Below are positions 41,705 through 52,821 of a DNA stretch of 64,000 nucleotides, one piece after another. The notes under the pieces are model-generated. The model was not told where the DNA came from and searched no databases. It saw only the letters and a program-made list of their open reading frames with translations. Position 1 is the stretch's first letter. Each line of letters begins with the position of its first letter. The position numbers and the translations under genes were made by a program. Origin of the DNA: Deltaproteobacteria bacterium (GTDB taxonomy: Bacteria; Desulfobacterota; Desulfuromonadia; Desulfuromonadales; JAAYDE01); assembly GCA_016926265.1 (NCBI GenBank), contig JAFGOW010000038.1:12964-76963 (forward strand), written 5' to 3'.

Positions 41705-43009
41705 CTACTTTCCTTCAGAACAGGATGCCGTGGCGCCGGATCCTGAAAAAACGGTTTTTCCCGCTACCAGGGTGCGATGCACGACTCCTTTGAGCTCCCA
41801 GCCCCCGAAAGGGGTATTGCGGCTTTTGGAATGGAATCGGCGGGGATCGACGATCCATTTCCGCTCCAGATCGAAGATGACGATGTCGGCCGGGGCTCCT
41901 TCCCGCAACTCTCCTCCGGGCAGGGAAAGCGCCCGGGCTGGTTCCAAAGACATTTTGGAGAGCGCCTGGGAGAGGGTGAGGATTTTCTTCTCCACCAATC
42001 GCAGCGTCAGGGAAAGAGCCGTTTCCAAACCGACGATGCCGTTGTGGGCCAGATTGAATTCGACATTCTTTTCGTCGCCGTGATGGGGGGCATGATCGGT
42101 GGCGATAACATCGATGGTGCCGTCCTGAAGGCCGCGGTGAAGGGCTTCAATATCTTCGGAAGTACGCAAGGGGGGAGACATCTTGGCCTGGGTGTTGTAG
42201 CCCCTGACCGCTTCCTCGGTCAGGGTGAAATGATGGGGGGTCACCTCGCAGGTGACAGGGATCCCGGCTTTTTTGGCGCTGCGGAGGATTTCAACCGACC
42301 CCAGGGTGGAGATGTGGCAGACATGAACGCGGGCGCCGGTGAGGGCGGCCAGCATCACGTCCCGGTACACGGCGGCATTTTCCGCCACCCAGGGGATGCC
42401 CCGCAGTCCGAGGTCGGTGGCGACGAAACCCTCGTTCATGACCCCTCCCGCCGTCAGGCTGGTGTCTTCGGCGTGGGTCAGCAGAGGAACCCCGAAAGGC
42501 CGGACGTATTCGAGGGCCCGCCGCATCAGATCGCCGTCGGCCACCCATTTGCCGTCATCGGAAAAAGCGACGCAGCCTCCGGTGGAGAGTTCCCCCATTT
42601 CCGTCAAGGTCTCTCCTTTAAGGCCCTTGGTGATGGCGCCCACCGGATAGACCCGGACGCATCCATCGGCCGCGGCCCGGTTTTTGATGTATTCGGTGAC
42701 CGCCAAAGTGTCGTTGACGGGGGCGGTATTGGGCATGCAGGCCACGGCGGTGAAGCCGCCAGCGGCGGCCGCCCGGGTGCCGGTGGCGATGGTTTCCTTG
42801 TATTCCTGGCCTGGATCACGGAAATGGACATGAATGTCGATCAGGCCGGGCGCCACCACCATCCCCCGGGCGTCGATAACCTCGGCGCCGGCATCGGGGA
42901 GGGATGAGGCCACCCTGCTGATGACTCCGTCTTCGATCAGGATGTCGAGGGACTCGTCCCTCCCCGGCCCCGGATCGACCACTCTGCCGTTTTTAATCAC
43001 TGTTTTCAT
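41705..43009 (-). CDS. pyrC: Dihydroorotase
   Basis: 434 aa. GLIDIHVHFRDPG metal-binding motif and ATDHAPH. Confidence 0.9.
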   Translation of the reverse strand: MKTVIKNGRVVDPGPGRDESLDILIEDGVISRVASSLPDAGAEVIDARGMVVAPGLIDIHVHFRDPGQEYKETIATGTRAAAAGGFTAVACMPNTAPVNDTLAVTEYIKNRAAADGCVRVYPVGAITKGLKGETLTEMGELSTGGCVAFSDDGKWVADGDLMRRALEYVRPFGVPLLTHAEDTSLTAGGVMNEGFVATDLGLRGIPWVAENAAVYRDVMLAALTGARVHVCHISTLGSVEILRSAKKAGIPVTCEVTPHHFTLTEEAVRGYNTQAKMSPPLRTSEDIEALHRGLQDGTIDVIATDHAPHHGDEKNVEFNLAHNGIVGLETALSLTLRLVEKKILTLSQALSKMSLEPARALSLPGGELREGAPADIVIFDLERKWIVDPRRFHSKSRNTPFGGWELKGVVHRTLVAGKTVFSGSGATASCSEGK

Positions 43010-43030
43010 CGTATCGGTTCCTGTCGATGG

Positions 43031-43963
43031 CTAGGTGTTTTCGGGAGCGAGGCCGCTGACCAGATAGAGCAAAGCCATACGGACCGACACCCCGTTTTCG
43101 ACCTGTTCCAGGATCACATTCTGCGGGCCGTCGGCCACCTCGGAGGCGATTTCCACCCCCCGGTTCATGGGACCGGGGTGCATGACCAAGGCGTCTTTCT
43201 GGGCCAGAGCCAGTTTTTCACGGTTGAGCCCATGGAAACGGGCGTATTCGCGCAGCGACGGCAGCAGGTGGCGGCCCTGGCGCTCCAACTGGATGCGAAG
43301 CATCATCACCACGTCGGCTCCCCGAAGGGCGTCCTCCATCCTGGTGAAAACCTCGGCGCCCAGTTTTTCGATGCCGGGAGGGATCATGGTCCCCGGTCCC
43401 GCCACGCGCACCTGGGCGCCCATGGTGGTGAGAGCGAACAGGTTGGAACGGGCCACTCGGCTGTGGGCGATATCCCCGACGATGGTCACGGTCAGCCCTT
43501 TGAGCCTTTTCTTGTGCTGGCGGATGGTGAAAAGGTCGAGGAGCGCCTGGCTGGGATGCTCATGGGCGCCGTCGCCGGCATTGATGACGGAGCAATTGAG
43601 GCGGCTGGCCAGATAGTCGGCGGCGCCGGAAGCGGCATGGCGGATCACGATGATGTCGGGGTGCATCGCCTCAATGTTTTTGGCGGTGTCTTCAAGGGTT
43701 TCCCCTTTGACCACCGAGGAAGAAGAAGCGGAGATGTTGACGGCATCGGCGGAAAGCCGCTTTTCGGCGATTTCAAAGGAGGTGCGGGTCCGGGTGGAGG
43801 CTTCAAAAAAGAGGTTCACCACCGTTTTGCCGCGCAGCGTCGGCACCTTTTTGATCTCCCGGGCATTGATTTCCTTAAAGCTCTCCGCGGTATCGAGAAT
43901 CAAGGTGATATCCTGTTCGGAAAACCGCCGGGTTCCGAGAATATGTTTGTGGCGGAAGGTCAT
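43031..43963 (-). CDS. pyrB: Aspartate carbamoyltransferase catalytic subunit
   Basis: 310 aa. [19 protein letters not shown] and HPGPMNRG. Confidence 0.95.
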   Translation of the reverse strand: MTFRHKHILGTRRFSEQDITLILDTAESFKEINAREIKKVPTLRGKTVVNLFFEASTRTRTSFEIAEKRLSADAVNISASSSSVVKGETLEDTAKNIEAMHPDIIVIRHAASGAADYLASRLNCSVINAGDGAHEHPSQALLDLFTIRQHKKRLKGLTVTIVGDIAHSRVARSNLFALTTMGAQVRVAGPGTMIPPGIEKLGAEVFTRMEDALRGADVVMMLRIQLERQGRHLLPSLREYARFHGLNREKLALAQKDALVMHPGPMNRGVEIASEVADGPQNVILEQVENGVSVRMALLYLVSGLAPENT

Positions 43964-43984
43964 GGTGAGAGTTTCCTTTCGCTC

Positions 43985-44679
<695 letters not shown>

Positions 44680-44758
44680 ACATCGGAGTAAAGATTTTCA
44701 CAAACTATAGCAGGCTGTCCCGGAGGCGGCAACAGCAAATTTTATCTGGTTGATAAAA

Positions 44759-45844
44759 TCAATGGATGGGGCGTCCAATCCGTTCCCAGCGCGGCCATCC
44801 CCGATCGCGGGACCAGTATTTGATCCAGGCCAGGCCTTTGATTTTTTCCCGTTCCACAAATCCCCAGAAGCGGCTGTCGAAAGAGAAATCCCGATTGTCA
44901 CCCAGAACGAAGTATTTTCCTTCCGGGATGCGGAAGGGCCTCACAAAATCCCGGGTAGACAACCCCGCCGGCAGCAGTTCGCTTGACTTGTGAACCTGCT
45001 GGGGGAAGTGCAGCAATTGCCCATTGACGAAGACCTGCTTGGCGCGGATTTCAACCAGGTCTCCTGGCAGCCCGATCACCCGTTTGATGAAATCGCGGCG
45101 CTTGAGATAAGGTTCGGTGGCATCCTGGGGAAATTCGAAAACGATGATGTCCCCCCTCCGTGGATCCCGCCACTGGAAAAATTCCCGGTCCAGGACCGGC
45201 ACTCTGGTGCCGTAGATGAATTTATTGACCAGCAGATGATCGCCGATCAAAAGGGTATCCTCCATGGAGCCGGAGGGGATTTTGAAGGCCTGAACGAAAT
45301 AGATGCGGATGAAAATGGCCAGCACCAGGGCGATGAAAAGAGCTTCGAACAGTTCAAAATGCTTATGACTCTGTTTGAAGACCTGCCGATCCGGCTGGAA
45401 AGAGCCGTCCGCCAGCCGCCGCCCGAGCTTTGACGACAGAAAAATCAGGTAAAGATCTCCGGGAAGGCCCGAAGTCAAGGCCAGGAGAAGAAACCCCAAA
45501 GGGTATCTTCCCCAGGGCTGCTGAAAGGTGAAATGAAAGTTGAACAAGGTGTCGGTGCAGAAAAAGGCCAGCGTGAAATGTACAGGAAGCCCGAGAAAAG
45601 CCGCTTTTCTGGCTGCTTCCAACCAGCGAAGGTTTTCTCTCTGAAGGGCCTGATGAGAGGCCGCCAAAAAAACTACGGAGAGACCCAGCAGCAGGAGCAG
45701 CCAAAAACCCCCTAAAATCCCCGGCATGGTATAGAAAGGGAAGAGGATCCAAAAGGTGCCCTGAAACAGGCAGGTCAGTCCGAACAGCCGCATATTCAAA
45801 TAATCATGAGATGACATCGGGATATTGGCCTTGCTCTTGCCCAT
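44759..45844 (-). CDS. lepB: Signal peptidase I with an unusually long multi-TM N-terminal extension
   Basis: 361 aa. The catalytic Ser and Lys lie in PSGSMEDTLLIGDHLLVNKF, and the motif GDNRDFSFDSRFWG is present. About 170 aa of extra hydrophobic sequence precede the catalytic domain. Confidence 0.85.
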   Translation of the reverse strand: MGKSKANIPMSSHDYLNMRLFGLTCLFQGTFWILFPFYTMPGILGGFWLLLLLGLSVVFLAASHQALQRENLRWLEAARKAAFLGLPVHFTLAFFCTDTLFNFHFTFQQPWGRYPLGFLLLALTSGLPGDLYLIFLSSKLGRRLADGSFQPDRQVFKQSHKHFELFEALFIALVLAIFIRIYFVQAFKIPSGSMEDTLLIGDHLLVNKFIYGTRVPVLDREFFQWRDPRRGDIIVFEFPQDATEPYLKRRDFIKRVIGLPGDLVEIRAKQVFVNGQLLHFPQQVHKSSELLPAGLSTRDFVRPFRIPEGKYFVLGDNRDFSFDSRFWGFVEREKIKGLAWIKYWSRDRGWPRWERIGRPIH

Positions 45845-47650
45845 TTACTTGGTGTCTTTCACTCTCAGGACCGCCAGGAAGGCCTCCTGCGGGATTTCCA
45901 CCTTGCCAACCTGTTTCATGCGCTTTTTTCCTTCCTTCTGTTTTTCGAGCAGCTTCCGTTTGCGGGTGATGTCGCCGCCGTAGCATTTGGCGGTGACGTC
46001 CTTGCGTACCGCCTTGACATTGACCCTGGCGATGACCTTGTTGCCCACCGCCGCCTGAATGGCGACCTCGTACTGCTGCCGGGGGATGAACTCCTTCATC
46101 TTGGAGGTGAGGTCCCGCCCCCGCTGTGCCGCATGATCCCGGTGTACGATCAGCGACAGGGCATCGACCGGCTCACCGTTGATGAGAATGTTGAGGCGGA
46201 CCAATTGGCTGGGCCGATAATCCAGAAATTCGTAGTCATAGGAGGCATAGCCACGGGAAATGGATTTCAAGCGGTCATGAAAGTCGAGCACGATCTCATT
46301 CAGGGGCAGCTCATAAGTCACCATCACGCGGTCGGCGGTCAGGTATTTGATCTCGTTCTGGAGTCCCCGCTTTTCCTCGCACAGGGCCAGAACCGGCCCG
46401 ACATATTCATGGGGCAGGTGAATAGAGGCGCGGATGAAGGGTTCTTCGATCCGTTGAATGTATTGTTCCTCGGGGAGTTTGTTGGCGCTGTCAACCCGCA
46501 AGGTTTTGCCGTCGGTGGTCTGGACGAAATAGACGACGGTGGGCGCCGTGGTGATCAGGGAGACATTGAATTCCCGTTCCAGCCGTTCCTGGATGATCTC
46601 CATGTGCAGCAAACCGAGAAATCCACAACGGAAACCAAACCCGAGGGCCGCCGAGGTCTCCGGTTCGAATGAGAACGAGGAGTCGTTGAGCCGCAATTTT
46701 TCCATGGCGTCACGCAAGGCGTCGTAATCCCCCGGATCGATGGGATAGAGACCCGAAAAAACCATCGGTTTGACTTCCTTGAAGCCCGGAAGGGGTTTGG
46801 CCGCGGGGCGGTTTAAAAGAGTGATGGTCTCCCCAACTTTGGCATCCTGAACCACTTTGATGCCGGCGATGAGGAAACCGACCTCTCCGGCCCCCAGGGA
46901 AGGGGTCTCGACGGGATGGGGGCTGAAAACCCCGACTTTGAGAACCTCGTAGCTTTTCCGGTTGGCCATGAAGAGAATTTTGTCCCCTTTGGAAACTTGC
47001 CCGTCGACGATGCGGACCAGAATAATGACCCCCTGGTAGGAATCGTACCAGGAATCGAAAAGGAGCGCTTTGAGGGGAGCCTCGGGGTCGCCGTGGGGGG
47101 GGGGAATACGATGCACCAGGGCCTCGAGAATTTCCTTGATGCCGATCCCTTCCTTGGCGCTGGCTTCCACCGCATCGTGGGCATCGAGTCCGATGATCTC
47201 TTCAATCTCCTGACGGGCCTTGGCCGGGTCGGCACTCGGCAGATCGATCTTGTTGAGGACCGGAAACACCTCCAGGTTCTGATCGATGGCCAGATAAACG
47301 TTGGCCAGGGTCTGGGCCTCCACCCCCTGGGTAGCGTCCACCACCAGCAGGGCGCCTTCGCAGGCGTAGAGGGAACGGCTGACCTCGTAGGAAAAATCGA
47401 CGTGGCCGGGGGTATCGATCAGGTTGAGAACGTACACCTTGCCATCTTGCGCCCGGTAGTTGAGGCGGACAGCCTGGGCTTTGATGGTGATCCCCCGCTC
47501 CCGTTCCAAATCCATCTTATCCAGGAATTGATCCGTTCGTTCCCGTTCCGTCAAGGCCCCGGTTGTTTCCAGAAGCCGGTCGGCCAAGGTCGATTTGCCG
47601 TGATCGATGTGGGCGATGATGGAAAAATTTCGGATTAGGCTTTGATCCAT
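45845..47650 (-). CDS. lepA: Translation elongation factor 4 (LepA)
   Basis: Start at [25 protein letters not shown] (Met9 of the tracked ORF). Collinear with LepA along its full length. Confidence 0.95.
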   Translation of the reverse strand: MDQSLIRNFSIIAHIDHGKSTLADRLLETTGALTERERTDQFLDKMDLERERGITIKAQAVRLNYRAQDGKVYVLNLIDTPGHVDFSYEVSRSLYACEGALLVVDATQGVEAQTLANVYLAIDQNLEVFPVLNKIDLPSADPAKARQEIEEIIGLDAHDAVEASAKEGIGIKEILEALVHRIPPPHGDPEAPLKALLFDSWYDSYQGVIILVRIVDGQVSKGDKILFMANRKSYEVLKVGVFSPHPVETPSLGAGEVGFLIAGIKVVQDAKVGETITLLNRPAAKPLPGFKEVKPMVFSGLYPIDPGDYDALRDAMEKLRLNDSSFSFEPETSAALGFGFRCGFLGLLHMEIIQERLEREFNVSLITTAPTVVYFVQTTDGKTLRVDSANKLPEEQYIQRIEEPFIRASIHLPHEYVGPVLALCEEKRGLQNEIKYLTADRVMVTYELPLNEIVLDFHDRLKSISRGYASYDYEFLDYRPSQLVRLNILINGEPVDALSLIVHRDHAAQRGRDLTSKMKEFIPRQQYEVAIQAAVGNKVIARVNVKAVRKDVTAKCYGGDITRKRKLLEKQKEGKKRMKQVGKVEIPQEAFLAVLRVKDTK

Positions 47651-47939
47651 AGAGAACAACCGCACGAAACCCAAAGGGGGTAAGACTGACGCGACACGTT
47701 ACAAAAAAGAACCGGCCTTGTAAAGATAATAGAATTCCTTAAAATGAGCGCCAAACTGGCCCTGGGTTTGAAAATACCACCAACCGGAGCCCGGTCTATG
47801 CTTCAGAAGGGGCTTTCTCGGCAGGATAAAAACATTTTTATTTTATCACGATCTCGGGTTTCGACATAACCCCTTGCAAAAAGGTTCTTTTTGACGGTAC
47901 GATGGGCAAATTTTTTTAAAGAATTTGAGGTGGGTTTCC

Positions 47940-49811
47940 ATGAAAACCATTGATGGGCAAATTTTTGAGTCATGCCTGCGGATGGGGGACAAGGCCGCAT
48001 TCCAGCAAAAGGTGGGGGAAATCTGGCAGCCGGTCTCCTATCGGAATCTTTGGGCTGAATCGGAGCAGATCACCTCCGGCCTTCAGAAAACGGGAATCAA
48101 AAAAGGGGATCGGGTTGCCATCCTGGCGGTTCCTTCGCCGCGGTGGGTCACCGCCTATCTCGCAATTCTCAAAGCCGACGCTATTGTGGTGCCGGTGGAC
48201 AAGGAGCTCAAGGCCGGAGAGGTCCGCCATATCCTCACCGATTGCGAAGCGCGGGTGATTTTCACCGAGGAGCCTTATCTGGACACCGTGGTATCCCTGT
48301 TCCCCGGTCTTCCCAAGCTGGAAAAGATCGTCATCATGCATCCGGATGGGGACAACAAGATCGCCGACCCGGTCATGGAGATGATGGTTGACGACCTGGT
48401 CACCGAATGGCGGCGGATCTCCCAGAAATATGAGCTTCCCAGGGAAGAAACTACCAACTTCGAGCAACTAGCCGACAAATTCTATGCTTTTCTTCTCAAG
48501 CGGGAATCCCCCGCCGATCTGAAAAACGGCATCGGCGCTCATCTTTTGGGGGGGCAGGAAATCCTGATGAGACGTCTCTTCAAAAAGAGGCGCCTCGATT
48601 ATCTGAGCGGGTTCCGCCAGGAAGAATCCCCTGCTCCCCCGCAACATCACCCTTCCGATGCGGCGTTGATTATTTATACCTCGGGGACCACGGGACGCTC
48701 CAAGGGAGCGATTCTCTCCCATTCCAACATCATGTCCAACGTCTATGCCGGAATCGATCTTTACCGGCTGACGGACAAGGTGCACATGCTTTCCGTACTC
48801 CCGATCCATCATGTCTTCGAGCAGGTCCTGGGAATCGTGCTCCCTCTGACCCTTGGCGGCACGGTGGCTTTTGTCGAATCACTGAAGAAAATCGGCCCCA
48901 ATCTCCAGGAGGTTCAACCCAATTTCATGCTCGGAGTGCCGGCTCTGTATCGGATTTTCTTCAACCGCATCCGCAAGAAAATCGATGACAGCCATTTTCT
49001 GAAGACGGTCTTTTCCCTGCCCGGCGCCAAAAAACTCGTTCAATCCAAAATCCTCAAATCGATGGGGGGCGGTGGGATGATCTTCATCAGCGGCGGCGCG
49101 GCGCTGGATCCCGAAATCCAGGAAGGCCTGAAGAAATTCGGCTTGACCATCTATCAGGGATACGGGATCACCGAAACCTCGCCGGTGGTTTCGGCAGAGT
49201 CGCCGACCTCTCAGCGATTCGGTTCGGTCGGGAAAGTCCTGCCGGGGGTCGAAGTAAAAATTCTCGACCCCAACGAAGAAGGGATTGGAGAAATCCTTGT
49301 CAAAGGACCCAACGTTATGCAGGGTTATTTCAAAAACTCGGAAGCCACCGAGGAAGTGCTTCGGGATGGATGGTACTACAGCGGCGATCTGGGTCGTTTT
49401 GATGCCGATGGATTTCTCTACATCTGCGGCAGACTCAAAAATCTGATTGTCACCCCCAACGGCAAGAATGTCTATCCCGAGGAGATTGAAAATGAACTCC
49501 TCAAAAGCGAATTTATTGCCGAGGTCATGGTTTACGGGCATAAAATCGATAAAACGGCCGAAGAGGTCTATGCTCTGATCTATCCCAACCAGGAGGCGGT
49601 CGACAATTTTGGCCGCCAGTCGGGGAAAGGCCCCTTCGGCGCCCGCCAGGTCGAGGAACTGATCCGCCGCGAGGTGCAGGAACGCTGCAAAAACCTGGCG
49701 GATTTCAAAAGGATCAAGAAATTCTCACTGCGGGAGGACGAGTTCCCCAAAACCACCACCAAGAAAATCAAACGCTTTGTCGTGGAACCGGACATCGCCG
49801 CCCTGGAATAG
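47940..49811 (+). CDS. Long-chain fatty acid--CoA ligase (AMP-binding superfamily)
   Basis: Start at MKTIDGQIF. AMP-binding motif IYTSGTTGRSKGA, then GYGITETS, then YSGDLG...GRLKNLI. Confidence 0.85.
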   Translation: MKTIDGQIFESCLRMGDKAAFQQKVGEIWQPVSYRNLWAESEQITSGLQKTGIKKGDRVAILAVPSPRWVTAYLAILKADAIVVPVDKELKAGEVRHILTDCEARVIFTEEPYLDTVVSLFPGLPKLEKIVIMHPDGDNKIADPVMEMMVDDLVTEWRRISQKYELPREETTNFEQLADKFYAFLLKRESPADLKNGIGAHLLGGQEILMRRLFKKRRLDYLSGFRQEESPAPPQHHPSDAALIIYTSGTTGRSKGAILSHSNIMSNVYAGIDLYRLTDKVHMLSVLPIHHVFEQVLGIVLPLTLGGTVAFVESLKKIGPNLQEVQPNFMLGVPALYRIFFNRIRKKIDDSHFLKTVFSLPGAKKLVQSKILKSMGGGGMIFISGGAALDPEIQEGLKKFGLTIYQGYGITETSPVVSAESPTSQRFGSVGKVLPGVEVKILDPNEEGIGEILVKGPNVMQGYFKNSEATEEVLRDGWYYSGDLGRFDADGFLYICGRLKNLIVTPNGKNVYPEEIENELLKSEFIAEVMVYGHKIDKTAEEVYALIYPNQEAVDNFGRQSGKGPFGARQVEELIRREVQERCKNLADFKRIKKFSLREDEFPKTTTKKIKRFVVEPDIAALE

Positions 49812-49925
49812 CGGCCCGGATAAAAATCGGAAAATTAACGGCGGCTCCCTTTCCTGCTGGGAAGCCGCCGCTACAGACTGTTTTCGCAATGAAGCCCTTC
49901 CCTCCTCTTCCTTCCCCCTCCCGTT

Positions 49926-51200
49926 TCATCCATATTTGCGGCTCAGGTTCTCCAGATAGCGGGAGCGGACCTGGTTGCCGGCCATGAGCCGTTTGGCTGG
50001 CGGCAGTTTTAGGATGGCCCCCAGCACCGCACCCAGAATGCGGTGGCTGAGCAACACCTGATCGTCGAAAATCAAATGCTGAAGTTTGCCCCGCTCCAGT
50101 GCCATCAAAACAATGCGGTGGGTGGAATTGAGCGGCGGAATAATCCGTTGGCCCCGCTCCCGAAAACGGATGGCGCCGTTGGGACAGATCCGTTGACAGA
50201 TTCCGCATCCGAGGCAGTCTTCCTCATGGAGAACCGCCTTGGGGAGCCCTTGCCCGATTTCTGCATTGTCGTAAGAAATCGCCTCAACCGGGCAGTATTT
50301 CAGGCAGCGGCCGCAGCCGATGCATTTTTCCCCATCGATTTCAGGAAGATAGTTGCTGGTATGGATGGGGTTGAGAACTCCGAAACGGCGTGCGGCGGTC
50401 AACGCCTCGCAACAGCAACGGCAACAGTTGCAGATAAATCCAATCCCCTCGCGGGCGTTTTCGCCGAATTGGACCAGGTTGCATTCGTAGGCCTGGGTCA
50501 AGAGGTCCAGGCATTCCTGGGCATCAACCCTCCTGGCGGCACCGTGCCGGATTAGCGATGCCGCGGGCATGTTGAGAGTCATGCAGATATCCTGGGGAGC
50601 GGAGCAGGCCACGCCCAGGTGTTCTTTTTTATGACGACAGAAACAGATCCCGATGCCAATGTCGGTGGCTGAGCGGATCATTTCGCCGGCGCGGTCGTAA
50701 TCAAGAACATGAAGCCCGTCTTTCCCGTCCACAGCCGGCTCCTGGACAAAGATCCGGCCCAATTGGGTCTGGCCGCCAGCGAACAAGGCTCGAGCAAAAT
50801 CCTCTTCTTTGTTCAGATAGGTTTCAAAAAGTTCACTGAGCAGTTTTTTGTCCATACCTCCGGTGGTTCGCATCAGGCTGAATTCAAAGAATCCAGCCAT
50901 GGGTGGAGGAAGGACGAAAAGGGTGACGCCATCCTCTTGCTCCAAGTCGAGCAAAATACAGCGCCCCGCCAAGGTTTCCAGGGTCCTTTGCGCCTCGATG
51001 AGGCTGACTTTCCAGATTTTGGCCGCTCTTTGAGCCGTAAATGGACGGATTGGGAGCTGGGCCACCAGGGCCGCCTCCTCCTCGCTGAACAGCAGCGCCA
51101 GAATTTTGAACAAGAGGTGACTTGGAGGAGCACCCTGGGGAAACCGGTTCAGCCGTTCCACCAACTGGGAGTAGCCTTTTTTTAAGGTTTGATGTGCCAT
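49926..51200 (-). CDS. 4Fe-4S dicluster domain-containing protein
   Basis: 424 aa. CIGCGRCLKYCP and CLGCGICQRICP, plus a Cys-rich CNCCRCCCE stretch. Specific function unknown. Confidence 0.7.
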   Translation of the reverse strand: MAHQTLKKGYSQLVERLNRFPQGAPPSHLLFKILALLFSEEEAALVAQLPIRPFTAQRAAKIWKVSLIEAQRTLETLAGRCILLDLEQEDGVTLFVLPPPMAGFFEFSLMRTTGGMDKKLLSELFETYLNKEEDFARALFAGGQTQLGRIFVQEPAVDGKDGLHVLDYDRAGEMIRSATDIGIGICFCRHKKEHLGVACSAPQDICMTLNMPAASLIRHGAARRVDAQECLDLLTQAYECNLVQFGENAREGIGFICNCCRCCCEALTAARRFGVLNPIHTSNYLPEIDGEKCIGCGRCLKYCPVEAISYDNAEIGQGLPKAVLHEEDCLGCGICQRICPNGAIRFRERGQRIIPPLNSTHRIVLMALERGKLQHLIFDDQVLLSHRILGAVLGAILKLPPAKRLMAGNQVRSRYLENLSRKYG

Positions 51201-51520
51201 AAAAATCCCTTTAAAACATATCCTTATGAATTAATACCTGATTAAATTTTTAAAGAAAAAACCTGAACCTGAAAAGAGGCCTGCCGGATCCCTGACGACG
51301 GTTCGATTTTCCCAGTCTATCAAAAATCAGGGATTCGGGAAGATTATGACGGTCGCGGGCGGTTGCGAAATGTTTTTTGTCGGCTAGATTTCATTACATG
51401 TTCCTTTAAGTTTTACGGTTTCCCAAAAAGTCCATCTGCGGGTTTGCGCTTCCTCTTTCGTCACTGCGGCGTACCTCTTTTGTTTCAGCAACCTTAAAAA
51501 CTGTTTTGGGGAGAGCTGAG

Positions 51521-52042
51521 ATGAGCATCGCCAAAAGGCTCCGTCAGGAGCATAGGGAAATCCTTTCCTATCTCCAGAATGCCATTCGTCTGGCCCGTTC
51601 CCTGGAAAAGGGGAATCCTTTGAGGGTGGATCAGGTTCTCCCGGCCGTCAACTCCTTCCGGGCATTTAACGACCAGGTCCATTTTCCCAAAGAAGAACAA
51701 CTTTTCCAAACCCTGGCGTTGCAGGATCTTGAGGAAATTGAATTGCAATTGTTGGTTGAACTCGAGGCAGAACACAAGGCCTCCCAGGAACTGCTCAACA
51801 ATGTTTTCCGCCAGGTATTGCAACAGGTTCCGCAAATTCAAATGTTGAAAACCAGGGTCGTGGAAAACTTATGGACCTTTGTCGAGCTCAACCGCCGCCA
51901 CATGGCCAAAGAGGAAAAACGCCTCCTCCCGCTGGTGGAGAAGCGCCTTTCGGCTTCGGACCAGAACCGGTTTCTGAAATATTTCGACCTTCCGGAAGAA
52001 TCTTGTGAATTGTTGGCGCCTTTGGGGGCCGATGTGATTTGA
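51521..52042 (+). CDS. Hemerythrin-like (HHE cation-binding) domain protein
   Basis: Start at MSIAKRLRQEHREI. Contains HFPKEEQ, EAEHKAS and HMAKEEKRLLP motifs. Confidence 0.6.
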   Translation: MSIAKRLRQEHREILSYLQNAIRLARSLEKGNPLRVDQVLPAVNSFRAFNDQVHFPKEEQLFQTLALQDLEEIELQLLVELEAEHKASQELLNNVFRQVLQQVPQIQMLKTRVVENLWTFVELNRRHMAKEEKRLLPLVEKRLSASDQNRFLKYFDLPEESCELLAPLGADVI

Positions 52043-52053
52043 CCGGCCATAAC

Positions 52054-52671
52054 ATGCCCCCTCCTTCACCCCTGAAAATTTACCGCGGCAAAAGGGATTT
52101 CCAAAAGACAGCGGAACCCCTTGGGGAAGAGCACGCTTCCGAGAGCCCTCCCCGATTCGTGATCCAGAAACATCAGGCCTCAACCCTCCATTACGATTTT
52201 CGCCTTGAGGCGGATGGCGTCCTCAAATCCTGGGCAGTACCCAAGGGTCCCTCCCTCGATCCCAGAGAGAAACGGCTGGCGGTGGCGACTGAGGACCACC
52301 CCATCGAATACGCCGATTTCGAAGGGAACATTCCCGCCGGAGAATATGGCGGCGGGACCGTTTTGATCTGGGACGAGGGGTGCTATTCGCTTTTGGCGGG
52401 CAAGGATGGTCAACGGGTTTCTGTTGAGGAGGGACTTGAAAACGGGTTGGTGACCATTTTTCTGGTGGGGAAGAAAATCACCGGAGGATATGCTCTGCGG
52501 CGTTTCCGAACCGGAGCCGAAGAAGCCTGGCTGCTGATCAAGATGGGAGATGAACACGCCAATCCCCAAAGGAATCCGGTCCGGGATGAACCGCTTTCGG
52601 TACGCAGCGGGCGATCCATGGAGGAGATTGCAAATTCCTGTTCGGAGCCCGCCCCAAAACCGGTACCCTGA
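52054..52671 (+). CDS. Stand-alone LigD-type 3'-phosphoesterase (PE) domain protein
   Basis: LKIYRGKRDFQKTAEP ... RFVIQKHQASTLHYDFRLE ... SWAVPKGPSLDP ... HPIEYADFEG..IPAGEYGGG. ATG at 52054 is preferred over the TTG at 52039. Confidence 0.8.
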   Translation: MPPPSPLKIYRGKRDFQKTAEPLGEEHASESPPRFVIQKHQASTLHYDFRLEADGVLKSWAVPKGPSLDPREKRLAVATEDHPIEYADFEGNIPAGEYGGGTVLIWDEGCYSLLAGKDGQRVSVEEGLENGLVTIFLVGKKITGGYALRRFRTGAEEAWLLIKMGDEHANPQRNPVRDEPLSVRSGRSMEEIANSCSEPAPKPVP

Positions 52672-52821
52672 AAATATCCCCTTGACGCTGCCCCGATCAT
52701 TTTTTAATCTGCCATCACTACCGTCACCCTGAAACCGGAAAGATTTCCGTTCCATCGAATTTCCATGGGGTAATTTCTTTTCTTAAAACGATCCGAACCA
52801 TTTCATGCAGGGAGGAATATT

